A stretch of DNA of 64,000 bases. Source: Bacillus subtilis subsp. subtilis str. 168. Its GTDB lineage: Bacteria; Bacillota; Bacilli; Bacillales; Bacillaceae. Shown here piece after piece: positions 48,761 through 59,016 of this stretch. The stretch lies in the NCBI RefSeq assembly GCF_000009045.1, contig NC_000964.3, positions 3,782,001 through 3,846,000 of the forward strand, in the 5' to 3' direction. Position numbers and translations under genes: made by a program. The notes under the pieces are model-generated. The model was not told the origin of the DNA and made no database searches. It saw only the letters and a list, made by a program, of their open reading frames with translations. The first letter of the stretch is position 1. Every line of letters starts with the position of its first letter.

Positions 48761-49480
48761 ATGAAGGCGCTGATTCCGAAGCAGCACGGGGCGTGGGCGA
48801 TGCTGCTGATCCCATTTTTACTCGGCATGGTCAAGGGAGGCCCCGTTATTTGGCATATTCCGCTCTTCCTTGGTTGGCTTTTCCTATACTTAGCGGTTTA
48901 TCCCGTTACGCTTGCCTTAAAAAAGAAACAAAGCAAACCATATCAAAAGTGGATGTGTTATTACGGTTTTCCCACCTGCTGCTTTTTGATGATCTCGGTC
49001 TTTCATAAGCCGCCTCTCATCTGGGTGGGCGTTTCTTTACTGCCGCTGTTTCTCATACATATGTATTTTGCCCGCAGAAAAAACGAACGAGCCTTATTGA
49101 ATGATGTTGCAGGTGTCTTGTTCTTTTGTTCGGGCGGGTTTGCGAGCTGCTGGCTGGGGATGGGAACCCTTGACGGCTGGGCTTGGTTTATTTTCTTGCA
49201 GTCTGCTTTATTTTTTATCGGGAGTTCCTTTTATGTGAAATCGGTGATCCGCGAGAGAAAAAACAGGGCATTTGCATACTGGTCATGGGGATATCACCTG
49301 CTGCTCCCCTTTTTATCCGCTCTTTTCGGAGCAGGATGGGCGTTTCTCGCTTTTATCCCGAGCAGCTTGCGGGCATGGTTTTTTCATGGAAGGGATTGGC
49401 CCGTAAAAACGATTGGCATTCTGGAAATCGTGAATGCCTGCTTCTTTCTTGCCGTCATGTGCCTGTTTATCACAAGGTAA
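48761..49480 (+). CDS. ywiC: YwiC-like integral membrane protein
   Basis: 239 aa from ATG 48761 (GGAGG SD); IPKQHGAWAML N-terminal motif, multiple TM segments. Confidence 0.85.
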   Translation: MKALIPKQHGAWAMLLIPFLLGMVKGGPVIWHIPLFLGWLFLYLAVYPVTLALKKKQSKPYQKWMCYYGFPTCCFLMISVFHKPPLIWVGVSLLPLFLIHMYFARRKNERALLNDVAGVLFFCSGGFASCWLGMGTLDGWAWFIFLQSALFFIGSSFYVKSVIRERKNRAFAYWSWGYHLLLPFLSALFGAGWAFLAFIPSSLRAWFFHGRDWPVKTIGILEIVNACFFLAVMCLFITR

Positions 49481-49512
49481 AAAAACAAGGACACCGCTGT
49501 CCTTGTTTTTTT
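49479..49512. terminator. Bidirectional terminator between ywiC and fnr
   Basis: AAAAAAACAAGGACA-CCGC-TGTCCTTGTTTTTTT. Confidence 0.85.
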
Positions 49513-50228
49513 CAGTCAATATTGCAAATCTCCAGCGGGCAATTTTCACACTCAATCTCACATCGTAAATAGTCCCGCTTGTGCAAAATAATTTTTCCGG
49601 ATTCGTCTATCGAAATAACCCCTTTTTTGCGGAGATCTCCGAGCATACGATTGACGCTTTCCCGTGCAGCCGCGCAAAACTTTGCCAAATCCTGATTTGT
49701 CAGGACAATGTTAATCAGAATGCCGTCGCTTCGCTCCACTCCGTAGCTGTTTGATAAGCGGATAAGGGTAGAATAGAGCGCCCCCTTTTTGCCATGAAGA
49801 AGCAGATCCCTGATTTTGGACTGAATCTTCCGGAGGTGCGTGCTCATCCATTTCATGAACTCAAATGTCAAAGCGCCGTTTTGGATTAATTCTTTTTCCA
49901 GCTTATTTTTATTAATGACGAGCACCTCGCCATCCTCTAGTACTTTTGCACTGAGCATATACCTTGGTTCTTCAGTGAAAAGTGTTAATTCTCCGACGAT
50001 ATCATGCTTTTGGCAGATTCTAAGCGTCAGGTCTTTTCCGTCAGATGTCAGCTTGCCGATTTCAATGAGTCCTGATTGAATCAGATAAAGCTCTTCTGCA
50101 TCCATTCCTTCCCGAAACAAATACGTGTGTTTTTCCATTTTTCTTTTCGTGCTGATCGATTCCAGCAATTCATACAGATCGCTGGATATAAGATCACTAT
50201 CAGATGGTCGAACAGAGAGAAAATTCAT
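49512..50228 (-). CDS. fnr: Anaerobic regulator Fnr (Bacillus type with C-terminal Cys cluster)
   Basis: 238 aa Crp-family protein; HTH LTNQDLAKFCAAARESVNR; C-terminal CEIECENCPLEIC. Confidence 0.96.
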   Translation of the reverse strand: MNFLSVRPSDSDLISSDLYELLESISTKRKMEKHTYLFREGMDAEELYLIQSGLIEIGKLTSDGKDLTLRICQKHDIVGELTLFTEEPRYMLSAKVLEDGEVLVINKNKLEKELIQNGALTFEFMKWMSTHLRKIQSKIRDLLLHGKKGALYSTLIRLSNSYGVERSDGILINIVLTNQDLAKFCAAARESVNRMLGDLRKKGVISIDESGKIILHKRDYLRCEIECENCPLEICNID

Positions 50229-50326
50229 GAGCTCACCTCGAAGAAAGTCACGTTGTGTGTTTATTGTAACGTGAATTGATTTGTACCCATCGAGAAAAAA
50301 CTAACAATCTTGTGAATGCCCCAGTG

Positions 50327-51514
50327 TTAGTTGATGCTCTGGCTGTTTCTCTCCGTGTGTGTTTTCATTCTTTCCTGCCAATACATCCATATGACAAGGA
50401 CAAAACTGGCTAACGCCACCTCTGAAAGCGCCATAAACCCGATCGCGTACTGGCCTGTTGCCTGAAATACACTCGCCAATATGAGCGGAGGAAAAAAGCC
50501 GCCTAAACCGCCCATGGCAGACACAATCCCATTGGCAATCCCCGCTTGCTTCGAAAAATAGAAAGGCACCAGTTTAAAAACAGTTCCGTTTCCTATGCCT
50601 GAGCAGACGGCCACGGTTAATGATCCAAACGTATAAAGGCCGATTGTCGGCGAGAACGATAGGATAATGCCTGATAATGTAAGCCCGGCAAAAACAAACA
50701 TCAAGATGCGGAGCGGGCTCATTTTATCAGCCAGGAATCCGCCCGCAGGCCTGAGCAGCGTAGAAACCGCAATAAAGCCAGCCGTCCGCAAGCCGGCATC
50801 TGCAGGATTCAGCCCAAAATGCTCCACCAGAAAGTTCGGCAGATAGATAGTGAAGGCGACAAAGGCACCGAACGTAATAAAATAAAACAGGCTCAGAAAC
50901 CATAGCACATGATTTCGGTAAACAGCTTTGATTTGAGTCTTAACAGAAACTTTGACCTTCTTCTCATGCCTGTCGCCAAACAATACGTGCAGTAAGGCAA
51001 AGACAGCCAGCAAAATCAGATACATTTGCACGGTTGATTTCCACCCGACGGCTTGAGCGATAACCGGCGCTGCAAATGTCGTAACGGCTGTCCCGATATT
51101 TCCTGCACCGTAAATCCCATTGACGACACCGTGCTTTTCTTTCGGATAATATTTCGGGAGGGAGGTCACCCCAATGGAAAACACCGCTCCCCCGATCCCT
51201 AAGAAAAAGCCGCCTGCGATTAAATCAAACAGAGAATCCGCGATACTGATCCAAAATACAGGAAATAAAAGCAGGATGAAGCTGACCATAAACATGAGCC
51301 GCGCGCCAAACCTGTTCGTTAAATACCCTAAAGGAATGCGGAGAAGCGACCCGAGGATCACAGGAATCGCGGTCACTAAAGAAATCTCACCCTTGCTTAA
51401 ATGAATATCTAATGTGATTTGGGAAATGAGTGATGAAATCAGCACCCAAACCATAAACCCTGCCACCAAGCTTAATGACTGTAACGATAATTGAATGTGT
51501 TGACGGTTGATCAT
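50327..51514 (-). CDS. narK: Nitrate/nitrite porter (MFS)
   Basis: 395 aa from ATG 51514; GSLLRIPLG, GIYGAGNIG and GIGNGTVFKLVP nitrate signature. Confidence 0.95.
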   Translation of the reverse strand: MINRQHIQLSLQSLSLVAGFMVWVLISSLISQITLDIHLSKGEISLVTAIPVILGSLLRIPLGYLTNRFGARLMFMVSFILLLFPVFWISIADSLFDLIAGGFFLGIGGAVFSIGVTSLPKYYPKEKHGVVNGIYGAGNIGTAVTTFAAPVIAQAVGWKSTVQMYLILLAVFALLHVLFGDRHEKKVKVSVKTQIKAVYRNHVLWFLSLFYFITFGAFVAFTIYLPNFLVEHFGLNPADAGLRTAGFIAVSTLLRPAGGFLADKMSPLRILMFVFAGLTLSGIILSFSPTIGLYTFGSLTVAVCSGIGNGTVFKLVPFYFSKQAGIANGIVSAMGGLGGFFPPLILASVFQATGQYAIGFMALSEVALASFVLVIWMYWQERMKTHTERNSQSIN

Positions 51515-51578
51515 TTGGCTTGCCCCTTTCAATGATTCAATAATCAGTCTTATCATACAAAAACTAGCCAAACAGGAT

Positions 51579-51594
51579 TGTGAATTACATCACA
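51579..51594. promoter_or_regulatory. Fnr box of narK-fnr
   Basis: Perfect TGTGA-ATTACA-TCACA, about -41.5 for the -10 TATGAT (51552-51557). Confidence 0.9.
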
Positions 51595-51606
51595 CGTTTT
51601 TCTCAT

Positions 51607-51641
51607 AAAAAAAGGACAAAGCCCGAAGACTTTGTCCTTTT
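51607..51641 (-). terminator. Terminator after argS
   Basis: AAAAGGACAAAG-TCTTCGGG-CTTTGTCC followed by T7; contains a C(UUCG)G loop. Confidence 0.85.
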
Positions 51642-51649
51642 GATCGTGA

Positions 51650-53320
51650 TTACATTTTTTCCGGAGCCGATACGCCGATCAGCTGAAGCGCATTGTTCAG
51701 CGTAATTTGCGTTGCCTTCATTAAAGCCAGGCGCGCGCGGCTTTTCTCTTCATTTTCAGGGTCGATGACTTTCTCTGCGTTGTAGAAGCTGTGCAGAGCA
51801 GAAGCCAGATCATAAATATAGTTAGTGACACGGTGCGGAATTCGTTTTTCCGCTGCTTCCGCCACTGCCTCTGGGAAGCCGCCGATCGTTTTCAGCAGAT
51901 CGTATTCTTTTTCTGATTGAATATGGCTGAAATCAAGATCTGCCGCCGGTTTAAGCCCCTGCTCTTCCCCTTGGCGAAGCATGCTGCAAATACGGGCATG
52001 CGCGTATTGTGCATAATACACAGGGTTTTCGTTAGATGTTGATACAGCAAGATCTAAGTCAAAATCCATATGGGTGTCTGCACTTCGCATTGCAAAGAAG
52101 TAACGCACGGCATCCAAGCCGACTTCTTCAATCAGGTCACGCATCGTTACGGCTTTACCGGTCCGTTTGCTCATTTTCATTTTCTCGCCGTTTTTGTAAA
52201 GGTGAACGAGCTGAATGATTTCTACTTCAAGCGTTCCTTTTTCATAGCCCAGCGCTTCGATTGCCGCTTTCATACGCGGGATGTAGCCGTGGTGATCGGC
52301 GCCCCAAACGTTGATCAGCTTATCAAAGCCGCGGTCAAGCTTGTCCTTATGATACGCGATATCAGGAAGAAGGTACGTGTACGTGCCGTCCTTCTTGATC
52401 AATACGCGGTCTTTATCATCGCCGAAAGTCGTGGAACGGAACCAAGTCGCGCCGTCTTCTTCATAGACGTGGCCTTTTTCGCGGAGCGCTTCAAGCGCCT
52501 TGTCGATTTTTCCATTTTGGTACAGTGAAGTTTCTGAATACCACACATCAAACGGCACACGGAAGTTTTCCAAGTCCTTGCGAAGCTTTTCCAGCTCGTA
52601 TTTCAGGCCGTATTCACGGAAAAACGCGAGGCGTTCACTTTCCTCTTCGTTAACGAAACGATCACCGTATTCCTCAGCGAGACGCTTTCCGATCGCAATG
52701 ATATCCTCACCGCGGTAGCCATCCTCCGGCATCGGTTTTTCCAATCCGAGTGCTTCAAAGTAACGGACTTCAACAGAAAGCGCCAGATTGTTGATTTGGT
52801 TTCCCGCATCGTTAATGTAGTATTCGCGGCTTACATCGTAACCCGCTTTTGAAAGCACGTTGCACAAGGAATCGCCGACAGCCGCCCCGCGCGCATGCCC
52901 GAGGTGAAGGTCTCCCGTCGGATTCGCTGATACGAATTCTACCTGAACTCGTTCACCGTTTCCGATGTTCGTTTCCCCGTATGCTTCCCCTGCTTCCAGT
53001 ACAGACGGAATCAGCTTTGTTAAATATTGATTGTTCATATAGAAATTGATAAAACCCGGGCCGGCGATATCCAGTTTTTCAATCGAAGCCTTCCCTTTAT
53101 CAAAATGGGCGACAATCTCTTCAGCGATTTGACGCGGCGCTTTTTTTGCCACTCTTGCCAACTGCATCGCCATATTCGTTGAGTAGTCGCCGTGTGTTTT
53201 ATCTTTCGGTGTTTCTAAAACAACATTGGGAATCTGGCTTTCTTCAGCCAGTCCCGCTTTCAGAACGGCCGCTTTGATTTCTTCTTTCAGCACGTCCTTC
53301 ATTTGTTCCGCAATGTTCAT
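51650..53320 (-). CDS. argS: Arginyl-tRNA synthetase
   Basis: 556 aa; [20 protein letters not shown] (HIGH-type) and KMSKRTG motifs. Confidence 0.98.
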   Translation of the reverse strand: MNIAEQMKDVLKEEIKAAVLKAGLAEESQIPNVVLETPKDKTHGDYSTNMAMQLARVAKKAPRQIAEEIVAHFDKGKASIEKLDIAGPGFINFYMNNQYLTKLIPSVLEAGEAYGETNIGNGERVQVEFVSANPTGDLHLGHARGAAVGDSLCNVLSKAGYDVSREYYINDAGNQINNLALSVEVRYFEALGLEKPMPEDGYRGEDIIAIGKRLAEEYGDRFVNEEESERLAFFREYGLKYELEKLRKDLENFRVPFDVWYSETSLYQNGKIDKALEALREKGHVYEEDGATWFRSTTFGDDKDRVLIKKDGTYTYLLPDIAYHKDKLDRGFDKLINVWGADHHGYIPRMKAAIEALGYEKGTLEVEIIQLVHLYKNGEKMKMSKRTGKAVTMRDLIEEVGLDAVRYFFAMRSADTHMDFDLDLAVSTSNENPVYYAQYAHARICSMLRQGEEQGLKPAADLDFSHIQSEKEYDLLKTIGGFPEAVAEAAEKRIPHRVTNYIYDLASALHSFYNAEKVIDPENEEKSRARLALMKATQITLNNALQLIGVSAPEKM

Positions 53321-53745
53321 GCGTGAGTTCCTCCCTCATACGTGATCGTCATATTATGTAAATGCTCCTGCTCGTCTCCGACATGCATGTCATATGCGAT
53401 GCTGATACGGCCTTTTTCTTCATCGAGATCAGATTGAATCGATTTTGTGCTTGTTTTCAGCTCAAGCTCACCAAATGACATTTTATATTTAGCAATTGTG
53501 GAAGCTCCCGTTACGAAACGCTGATTCATTTTGACAGCGCCTGACCTCATGACCAGGACTTCGCCTTCGCTTACTTTCACAATCGTTTTGACTTTGCCTA
53601 AGTCGTGTTCTTCATAATAAGATAGATACACTTTATTTTGTTTTACATAGTAAAATCCGGTGGTGCGGAATTCGATGACTTCTTGGTTTCCGTCATCCTC
53701 GATCACAGACTTCACATGGAGTGTTATCGGTGTCTCTTGCTTCAT
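53317..53745 (-). CDS. ywiB: DUF1934-like beta-barrel protein
   Basis: 142 aa beta-rich protein; overlaps the argS start by 4 bp. Confidence 0.82.
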   Translation of the reverse strand: MKQETPITLHVKSVIEDDGNQEVIEFRTTGFYYVKQNKVYLSYYEEHDLGKVKTIVKVSEGEVLVMRSGAVKMNQRFVTGASTIAKYKMSFGELELKTSTKSIQSDLDEEKGRISIAYDMHVGDEQEHLHNMTITYEGGTHA

Positions 53746-53784
53746 TCTGACACGTCCTTTTCATCATTCCACTTTGACTTGAAT

Positions 53785-53813
53785 AGTATAATCATTCGGT
53801 TTGTAAACTTCAA
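53785..53813 (-). promoter_or_regulatory. SigA promoter of ywiB-argS
   Basis: TTGAAG-17 bp-TATACT. Confidence 0.65.
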
Positions 53814-53977
53814 CTGCTTCTATCTTACCATCATTGCTCATCAGATTTGAAGATAAACCTCATAAAAAGCATTTCCTTATATAGAAGAGAAAATCATATC
53901 ACTAATTACCTTTAGGAAATGTTACATTTTTCCGAAATCTATCATTTCCTTTTCACATTTTTTTCAAAATATATGTA

Positions 53978-54006
53978 TTGAATTAGTAATTTGATAGTTT
54001 TAAGAT
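53978..54006 (+). promoter_or_regulatory. SigA promoter of sbo-alb
   Basis: TTGAAT-17 bp-TAAGAT in an AT-rich region; possible ResD site TTCACA...TTCAAA at 53952-53968. Confidence 0.65.
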
Positions 54007-54057
54007 AAAAGTACAACATAGATCTGCTAGAAAAACAAAAAAAGGGAGGATTCAATT

Positions 54058-54189
54058 ATGAAAAAAGCTGTCATTGTAGAAAACAAAGGTTGTGCAACAT
54101 GCTCGATCGGAGCCGCTTGTCTAGTGGACGGTCCTATCCCTGATTTTGAAATTGCCGGTGCAACAGGTCTATTCGGTCTATGGGGGTAA
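54058..54189 (+). CDS. sboA: Subtilosin A precursor (sactipeptide)
   Basis: Manual translation MKKAVIVE-NKGCATCSIGAACLVDGPIPDFEIAGATGLFGLWG*, 43 aa; GGGAGG SD. Confidence 0.98.
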   Translation: MKKAVIVENKGCATCSIGAACLVDGPIPDFEIAGATGLFGLWG

Positions 54190-54298
54190 GGATCTCCCAA
54201 AAGGGCATAGTCATTCTACTATGCCCTTTTTAAGTAAATTACAATTTTTAACTAAAATCTACCTCTTGGATATACATACACAACCGTTTTTCATTTGA
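54146..54298 (+). CDS. sboX: SboX bacteriocin-like peptide overlapping sboA
   Basis: TTG 54146 to TGA 54298, 50 aa (MKLPVQQVYSVYGGKDLP...), in a different frame from sboA; no clear SD. Confidence 0.5.
   Translation: MKLPVQQVYSVYGGKDLPKGHSHSTMPFLSKLQFLTKIYLLDIHTQPFFI
54199..54231 (+). terminator. Stem-loop after sboA (partial terminator or mRNA stabiliser)
   Basis: 13-bp stem AAAAGGGCATAGT/ACTATGCCCTTTT followed by T. Confidence 0.8.
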
Positions 54299-54322
54299 AT
54301 CATATGTATAGGGGATGGTATT

Positions 54323-55669
54323 TTGTTTATAGAGCAGATGTTTCCATTTATTAATGAAAGTGTAAGAGTTCACCAGCTTCCTGAGGGCGGCGTGTTAGAA
54401 ATCGACTACTTGCGCGATAATGTCTCCATTTCTGACTTTGAGTATTTGGATCTCAACAAAACGGCTTACGAGCTCTGCATGCGCATGGATGGCCAAAAAA
54501 CAGCTGAGCAGATTTTAGCTGAGCAATGTGCAGTGTATGATGAATCACCGGAAGACCATAAAGATTGGTATTACGACATGCTCAACATGCTCCAGAACAA
54601 GCAGGTTATTCAGCTTGGAAACCGGGCCAGCCGCCATACAATCACCACGAGCGGAAGCAATGAATTTCCGATGCCCCTGCACGCCACCTTTGAACTGACG
54701 CACCGCTGTAATTTGAAATGCGCCCACTGTTATTTGGAAAGCTCACCTGAAGCGCTCGGCACCGTGTCGATTGAGCAATTCAAAAAAACGGCTGATATGC
54801 TGTTTGATAACGGTGTATTGACATGCGAAATCACAGGTGGAGAAATTTTTGTCCATCCAAACGCCAATGAGATTCTTGACTATGTGTGTAAAAAGTTCAA
54901 AAAAGTCGCTGTCTTAACAAACGGAACACTCATGCGAAAAGAGAGCCTGGAGCTTTTGAAGACTTACAAGCAAAAAATCATCGTCGGCATTTCTCTAGAT
55001 AGTGTCAATTCCGAGGTCCATGACTCCTTTAGAGGGAGAAAAGGCTCTTTTGCCCAAACTTGTAAAACGATAAAATTGTTGAGTGACCACGGTATATTTG
55101 TCAGAGTCGCTATGTCTGTCTTCGAAAAAAACATGTGGGAAATCCACGATATGGCCCAAAAGGTTCGGGATCTCGGGGCGAAGGCGTTTTCTTACAATTG
55201 GGTTGACGATTTCGGAAGAGGCAGGGATATTGTCCATCCAACGAAAGACGCCGAGCAGCACCGCAAGTTTATGGAATACGAGCAACATGTGATTGATGAG
55301 TTTAAAGATCTGATTCCGATTATTCCCTATGAGAGAAAACGCGCGGCAAATTGCGGCGCTGGCTGGAAGTCCATTGTGATCAGTCCGTTCGGCGAAGTAC
55401 GTCCTTGCGCCCTCTTTCCAAAGGAATTTTCATTGGGAAATATTTTTCATGATTCCTATGAAAGCATCTTTAACTCCCCTCTCGTCCATAAACTGTGGCA
55501 AGCGCAAGCGCCGCGGTTCAGCGAACATTGCATGAAAGACAAATGCCCGTTCAGCGGCTATTGCGGAGGCTGTTACTTAAAAGGGCTGAACTCTAACAAA
55601 TATCACCGGAAAAACATTTGCTCTTGGGCGAAAAATGAACAATTAGAAGACGTGGTCCAGCTTATTTAG
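54323..55669 (+). CDS. albA: Radical SAM/SPASM sactionine-forming enzyme
   Basis: 448 aa, TTG start; N-terminal RRE/PqqD-like region, CNLKCAHC motif, C-terminal SPASM cysteines. Confidence 0.97.
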   Translation: MFIEQMFPFINESVRVHQLPEGGVLEIDYLRDNVSISDFEYLDLNKTAYELCMRMDGQKTAEQILAEQCAVYDESPEDHKDWYYDMLNMLQNKQVIQLGNRASRHTITTSGSNEFPMPLHATFELTHRCNLKCAHCYLESSPEALGTVSIEQFKKTADMLFDNGVLTCEITGGEIFVHPNANEILDYVCKKFKKVAVLTNGTLMRKESLELLKTYKQKIIVGISLDSVNSEVHDSFRGRKGSFAQTCKTIKLLSDHGIFVRVAMSVFEKNMWEIHDMAQKVRDLGAKAFSYNWVDDFGRGRDIVHPTKDAEQHRKFMEYEQHVIDEFKDLIPIIPYERKRAANCGAGWKSIVISPFGEVRPCALFPKEFSLGNIFHDSYESIFNSPLVHKLWQAQAPRFSEHCMKDKCPFSGYCGGCYLKGLNSNKYHRKNICSWAKNEQLEDVVQLI

Positions 55670-55681
55670 GAGGGAAACGAT

Positions 55682-55843
55682 TTGTCACCAGCACAAAGAA
55701 GAATTTTACTGTATATCCTTTCATTTATCTTTGTCATCGGCGCAGTCGTCTATTTTGTCAAAAGCGATTATCTGTTTACGCTGATTTTCATTGCCATTGC
55801 CATTCTGTTCGGGATGCGCGCGCGGAAGGCTGACTCGCGATGA
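55682..55843 (+). CDS. albB: Subtilosin immunity membrane peptide
   Basis: Manual translation from TTG 55682: MSPAQRRILLYILSFIFVIGAVVYFVKSDYLFTLIFIAIAILFGMRARKADSR*, 53 aa; GGAGGG SD; ATGA overlap with albC. Confidence 0.9.
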   Translation: MSPAQRRILLYILSFIFVIGAVVYFVKSDYLFTLIFIAIAILFGMRARKADSR

Positions 55844-56559
55844 GCATTTTGGATATACACGATGTATCCGTTTGGTATGAACGGGACAACGTCATCTTAG
55901 AACAAGTGGATTTACATTTAGAAAAAGGCGCCGTTTACGGGTTACTTGGGGTAAACGGCGCCGGAAAAACGACACTGATTAATACGCTGACAGGCGTGAA
56001 CCGCAATTTCAGCGGGCGTTTTACACTGTGCGGAATTGAAGCGGAGGCCGGCATGCCGCAGAAAACATCAGATCAGCTGAAGACTCACCGTTACTTCGCC
56101 GCCGATTATCCGCTGCTATTTACAGAAATTACGGCGAAGGACTATGTGTCTTTCGTCCATTCGCTTTATCAAAAGGATTTTTCAGAGCAGCAGTTTGCCA
56201 GTTTGGCCGAGGCCTTTCATTTTTCGAAATACATCAATAGGAGAATTTCGGAGCTGTCCTTGGGGAACAGGCAAAAGGTTGTATTGATGACAGGCTTATT
56301 GCTGCGCGCTCCCCTGTTTATTTTGGATGAGCCGCTCGTCGGTTTGGATGTGGAATCGATAGAGGTCTTTTATCAGAAAATGCGTGAGTACTGTGAAGCA
56401 GGCGGAACCATTTTGTTTTCTTCTCATCTGCTCGATGTCGTGCAAAGATTTTGTGATTATGCGGCTATTCTTCACAACAAACAGATCCAAAAGGTCATTC
56501 CGATTGGAGAGGAGACCGATCTGCGGCGGGAATTTTTCGAGGTGATCGGCCATGAATAA
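55840..56559 (+). CDS. albC: ABC transporter ATP-binding subunit
   Basis: 239 aa; GVNGAGKTT, LSLGNRQK and ILDEP motifs. Confidence 0.95.
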   Translation: MSILDIHDVSVWYERDNVILEQVDLHLEKGAVYGLLGVNGAGKTTLINTLTGVNRNFSGRFTLCGIEAEAGMPQKTSDQLKTHRYFAADYPLLFTEITAKDYVSFVHSLYQKDFSEQQFASLAEAFHFSKYINRRISELSLGNRQKVVLMTGLLLRAPLFILDEPLVGLDVESIEVFYQKMREYCEAGGTILFSSHLLDVVQRFCDYAAILHNKQIQKVIPIGEETDLRREFFEVIGHE

Positions 56560-57862
56560 CATAATCCCTATCATGTCTTTGCTGTTCAAACAGCTTTACA
56601 GCCGGCAAGGGAAAAAGGACGCCATCCGCATTGCCGCAGGCCTTGTCATTCTGGCCGTGTTTGAAATCGGGCTGATCCGCCAGGCCGGCATTGATGAATC
56701 GGTGTTGCGCAAAACGTATATCATACTCGCGCTTCTTTTGATGAACACATATATGGTGTTTCTTTCCGTGACATCACAATGGAAGGAATCTTATATGAAG
56801 CTGAGCTGCCTGCTGCCGATTTCTTCACGGAGCTTTTGGCTCGCCCAGAGTGTCGTTTTGTTTGTCGATACCTGTTTGAGAAGAACTTTATTCTTTTTTA
56901 TTTTACCGCTGTTCTTATTTGGAAACGGAACGCTGTCAGGGGCGCAAACATTGTTTTGGCTCGGCAGGTTTTCGTTTTTTACCGTTTACTCCATTATTTT
57001 CGGAGTTGTGCTAAGCAACCACTTCGTCAAAAAGAAGAACTTGATGTTTCTGCTGCATGCGGCGATATTCGCCTGTGTATGTATCAGCGCCGCTTTGATG
57101 CCGGCCGCCACGATTCCGCTTTGCGCGGTTCATATCCTGTGGGCGGTGGTCATTGACTTTCCTGTCTTTCTGCAGGCGCCTCCGCAGCAGGGCAAGATGC
57201 ATTCATTTATGCGGCGATCTGAATTTTCGTTTTACAAAAGAGAATGGAACCGATTTATCTCTTCTAAAGCGATGCTGTTAAATTACGCGGTAATGGCGGT
57301 ATTCAGCGGCTTCTTTTCGTTCCAGATGATGAACACCGGCATCTTCAATCAGCAAGTGATTTATATCGTGATTTCCGCGCTTTTGCTCATCTGCTCGCCG
57401 ATCGCCCTTTTGTATTCGATTGAAAAAAATGACCGGATGCTGCTCATCACGCTTCCGATCAAGCGAAAAACGATGTTTTGGGCGAAATATCGCTTTTATT
57501 CAGGCCTATTGGCAGGCGGATTTCTCCTTGTCGTGATGATTGTGGGTTTCATCAGCGGCCGTTCGATTTCAGTTCTCACTTTTTTGCAGTGCATTGAGTT
57601 GCTGCTGGCGGGAGCGTATATCAGGTTAACTGCGGATGAAAAAAGGCCCTCCTTCAGCTGGCAGACGGAGCAGCAGCTATGGAGCGGTTTCTCAAAATAT
57701 CGGTCTTATCTGTTTTGTCTTCCCCTATTCTTAGCCATATTAGCCGGCACCGCTGTATCCTTGGCGGTCATTCCGATAGCCGGTCTGGTCATAGTCTATT
57801 ACCTGCAAAAACAGGATGGTGGTTTCTTTGATACAAGCAAAAGAGAACGGCTTGGAAGTTAA
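56552..57862 (+). CDS. albD: ABC transporter membrane subunit / immunity
   Basis: 436 aa multi-TM protein; two ITLPI/LLPIS-type repeats; alb operon position. Confidence 0.9.
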   Translation: MNNIIPIMSLLFKQLYSRQGKKDAIRIAAGLVILAVFEIGLIRQAGIDESVLRKTYIILALLLMNTYMVFLSVTSQWKESYMKLSCLLPISSRSFWLAQSVVLFVDTCLRRTLFFFILPLFLFGNGTLSGAQTLFWLGRFSFFTVYSIIFGVVLSNHFVKKKNLMFLLHAAIFACVCISAALMPAATIPLCAVHILWAVVIDFPVFLQAPPQQGKMHSFMRRSEFSFYKREWNRFISSKAMLLNYAVMAVFSGFFSFQMMNTGIFNQQVIYIVISALLLICSPIALLYSIEKNDRMLLITLPIKRKTMFWAKYRFYSGLLAGGFLLVVMIVGFISGRSISVLTFLQCIELLLAGAYIRLTADEKRPSFSWQTEQQLWSGFSKYRSYLFCLPLFLAILAGTAVSLAVIPIAGLVIVYYLQKQDGGFFDTSKRERLGS

Positions 57863-59012
57863 CCTGCTGAAGACTCATCAATTTTCAACTATTTCAATCG
57901 CCGCGAGCTTTCTGAAACCGATCGAAAGCGCGGCGGAACCTGAGGAAGAAACGATTTATTTTTACGGCGCCGCCGCATACCTGAAGGAGCAAATCATTGA
58001 CGCTTTTGGTTATGCTGCCGGCAGCCGTTTCATGTACTCAGCGAATCTCTTTTTTGATCAGCAGCTGAAAACCTGCGGGACCCGTTTGATTCACCCATTA
58101 TATAACGGGAATCTTCATGTTGACGCCCTGATGAAAACTTTTGCAGACTTGTCTTTCCCTTCTTCTCTTTCATTCGAAGCATTTGAAAAGGCCAGGAATG
58201 AGCTGCTGCTGAAAATCGAAAAGAAATTCACTGATCCCTTCTCCTACTCGGCGGCTCGCTTGGCTGAGGAGGTCTTCGGAAACCCGATGTACGGCACAGG
58301 CATGTTTGGCCGGAGAGACAGGATAAAGGCGATTCATCCTAAACGGTTTCTCGACGCAACGGACTTTATCGTTGATTTAGTGTCCCAGCAAAAACAGCTG
58401 AACATATTGGGACAAGTACAAGCATGTGATGTTCGGGGACATGCCCCGCAAACGTCCGCTGTAACGTCCGGAAGAATACCCGTAAACCGGCATGTTTTTG
58501 AAACAGAGACACGCAGCGCTGCAGGTCCTTCCGTCTTGACACTCGGATTTGACTGCGGAGAGATGAAAGATGCCAGCGATTATATCAAAATACAGCTAAT
58601 AGACGGATTACTGGGAAAGTACGGCCATTCCGCTTTATTCAAGCACTTCAGAGAGAAGGATCTGGCAGTCTATCACGTTATCACCCGTTACGATGTCATG
58701 AACAATTTGCTGCTTGTTTCAATATGTACAGATCAGCTTCATGAGAAAGACATTCCCCCGCGCGTTTTGGAAGCTGTCTCAGCTTTTCATACAGATGAGC
58801 GGGAACTAGAACAGGCAAAGCAGTTTTTACGCAATGAATTGCTGCTGCAATTCGATTCTCCCGAAGGTCTATTGGCCTATATGGGGGTCCTGCGCCGCTT
58901 CTCCTGCACGAAAGAAGCCTTGCTGGATGGCATCTCAGCGGTTACATGCCGTGATGTATTGCAATTCATAGCGACCATCAATTATATCGGAGCTCATGTA
59001 GTAAGGGGATGA
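57852..59012 (+). CDS. albE: M16-like peptidase partner subunit (no HXXEH)
   Basis: 386 aa from TTG 57852; M16-like C-domain pattern (LLGKYGHSALFKHFREK); no Zn motif. Confidence 0.88.
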   Translation: MEVNLLKTHQFSTISIAASFLKPIESAAEPEEETIYFYGAAAYLKEQIIDAFGYAAGSRFMYSANLFFDQQLKTCGTRLIHPLYNGNLHVDALMKTFADLSFPSSLSFEAFEKARNELLLKIEKKFTDPFSYSAARLAEEVFGNPMYGTGMFGRRDRIKAIHPKRFLDATDFIVDLVSQQKQLNILGQVQACDVRGHAPQTSAVTSGRIPVNRHVFETETRSAAGPSVLTLGFDCGEMKDASDYIKIQLIDGLLGKYGHSALFKHFREKDLAVYHVITRYDVMNNLLLVSICTDQLHEKDIPPRVLEAVSAFHTDERELEQAKQFLRNELLLQFDSPEGLLAYMGVLRRFSCTKEALLDGISAVTCRDVLQFIATINYIGAHVVRG

Positions 59013-59016
59013 AGAG

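Noticed and set aside
53746-54057. Possible T-box or other riboswitch before argS
   Set aside because: No T-box consensus or antiterminator seen; argS is the second gene of ywiB-argS with a plain SigA promoter, and the AT-rich DNA is the sbo control region.
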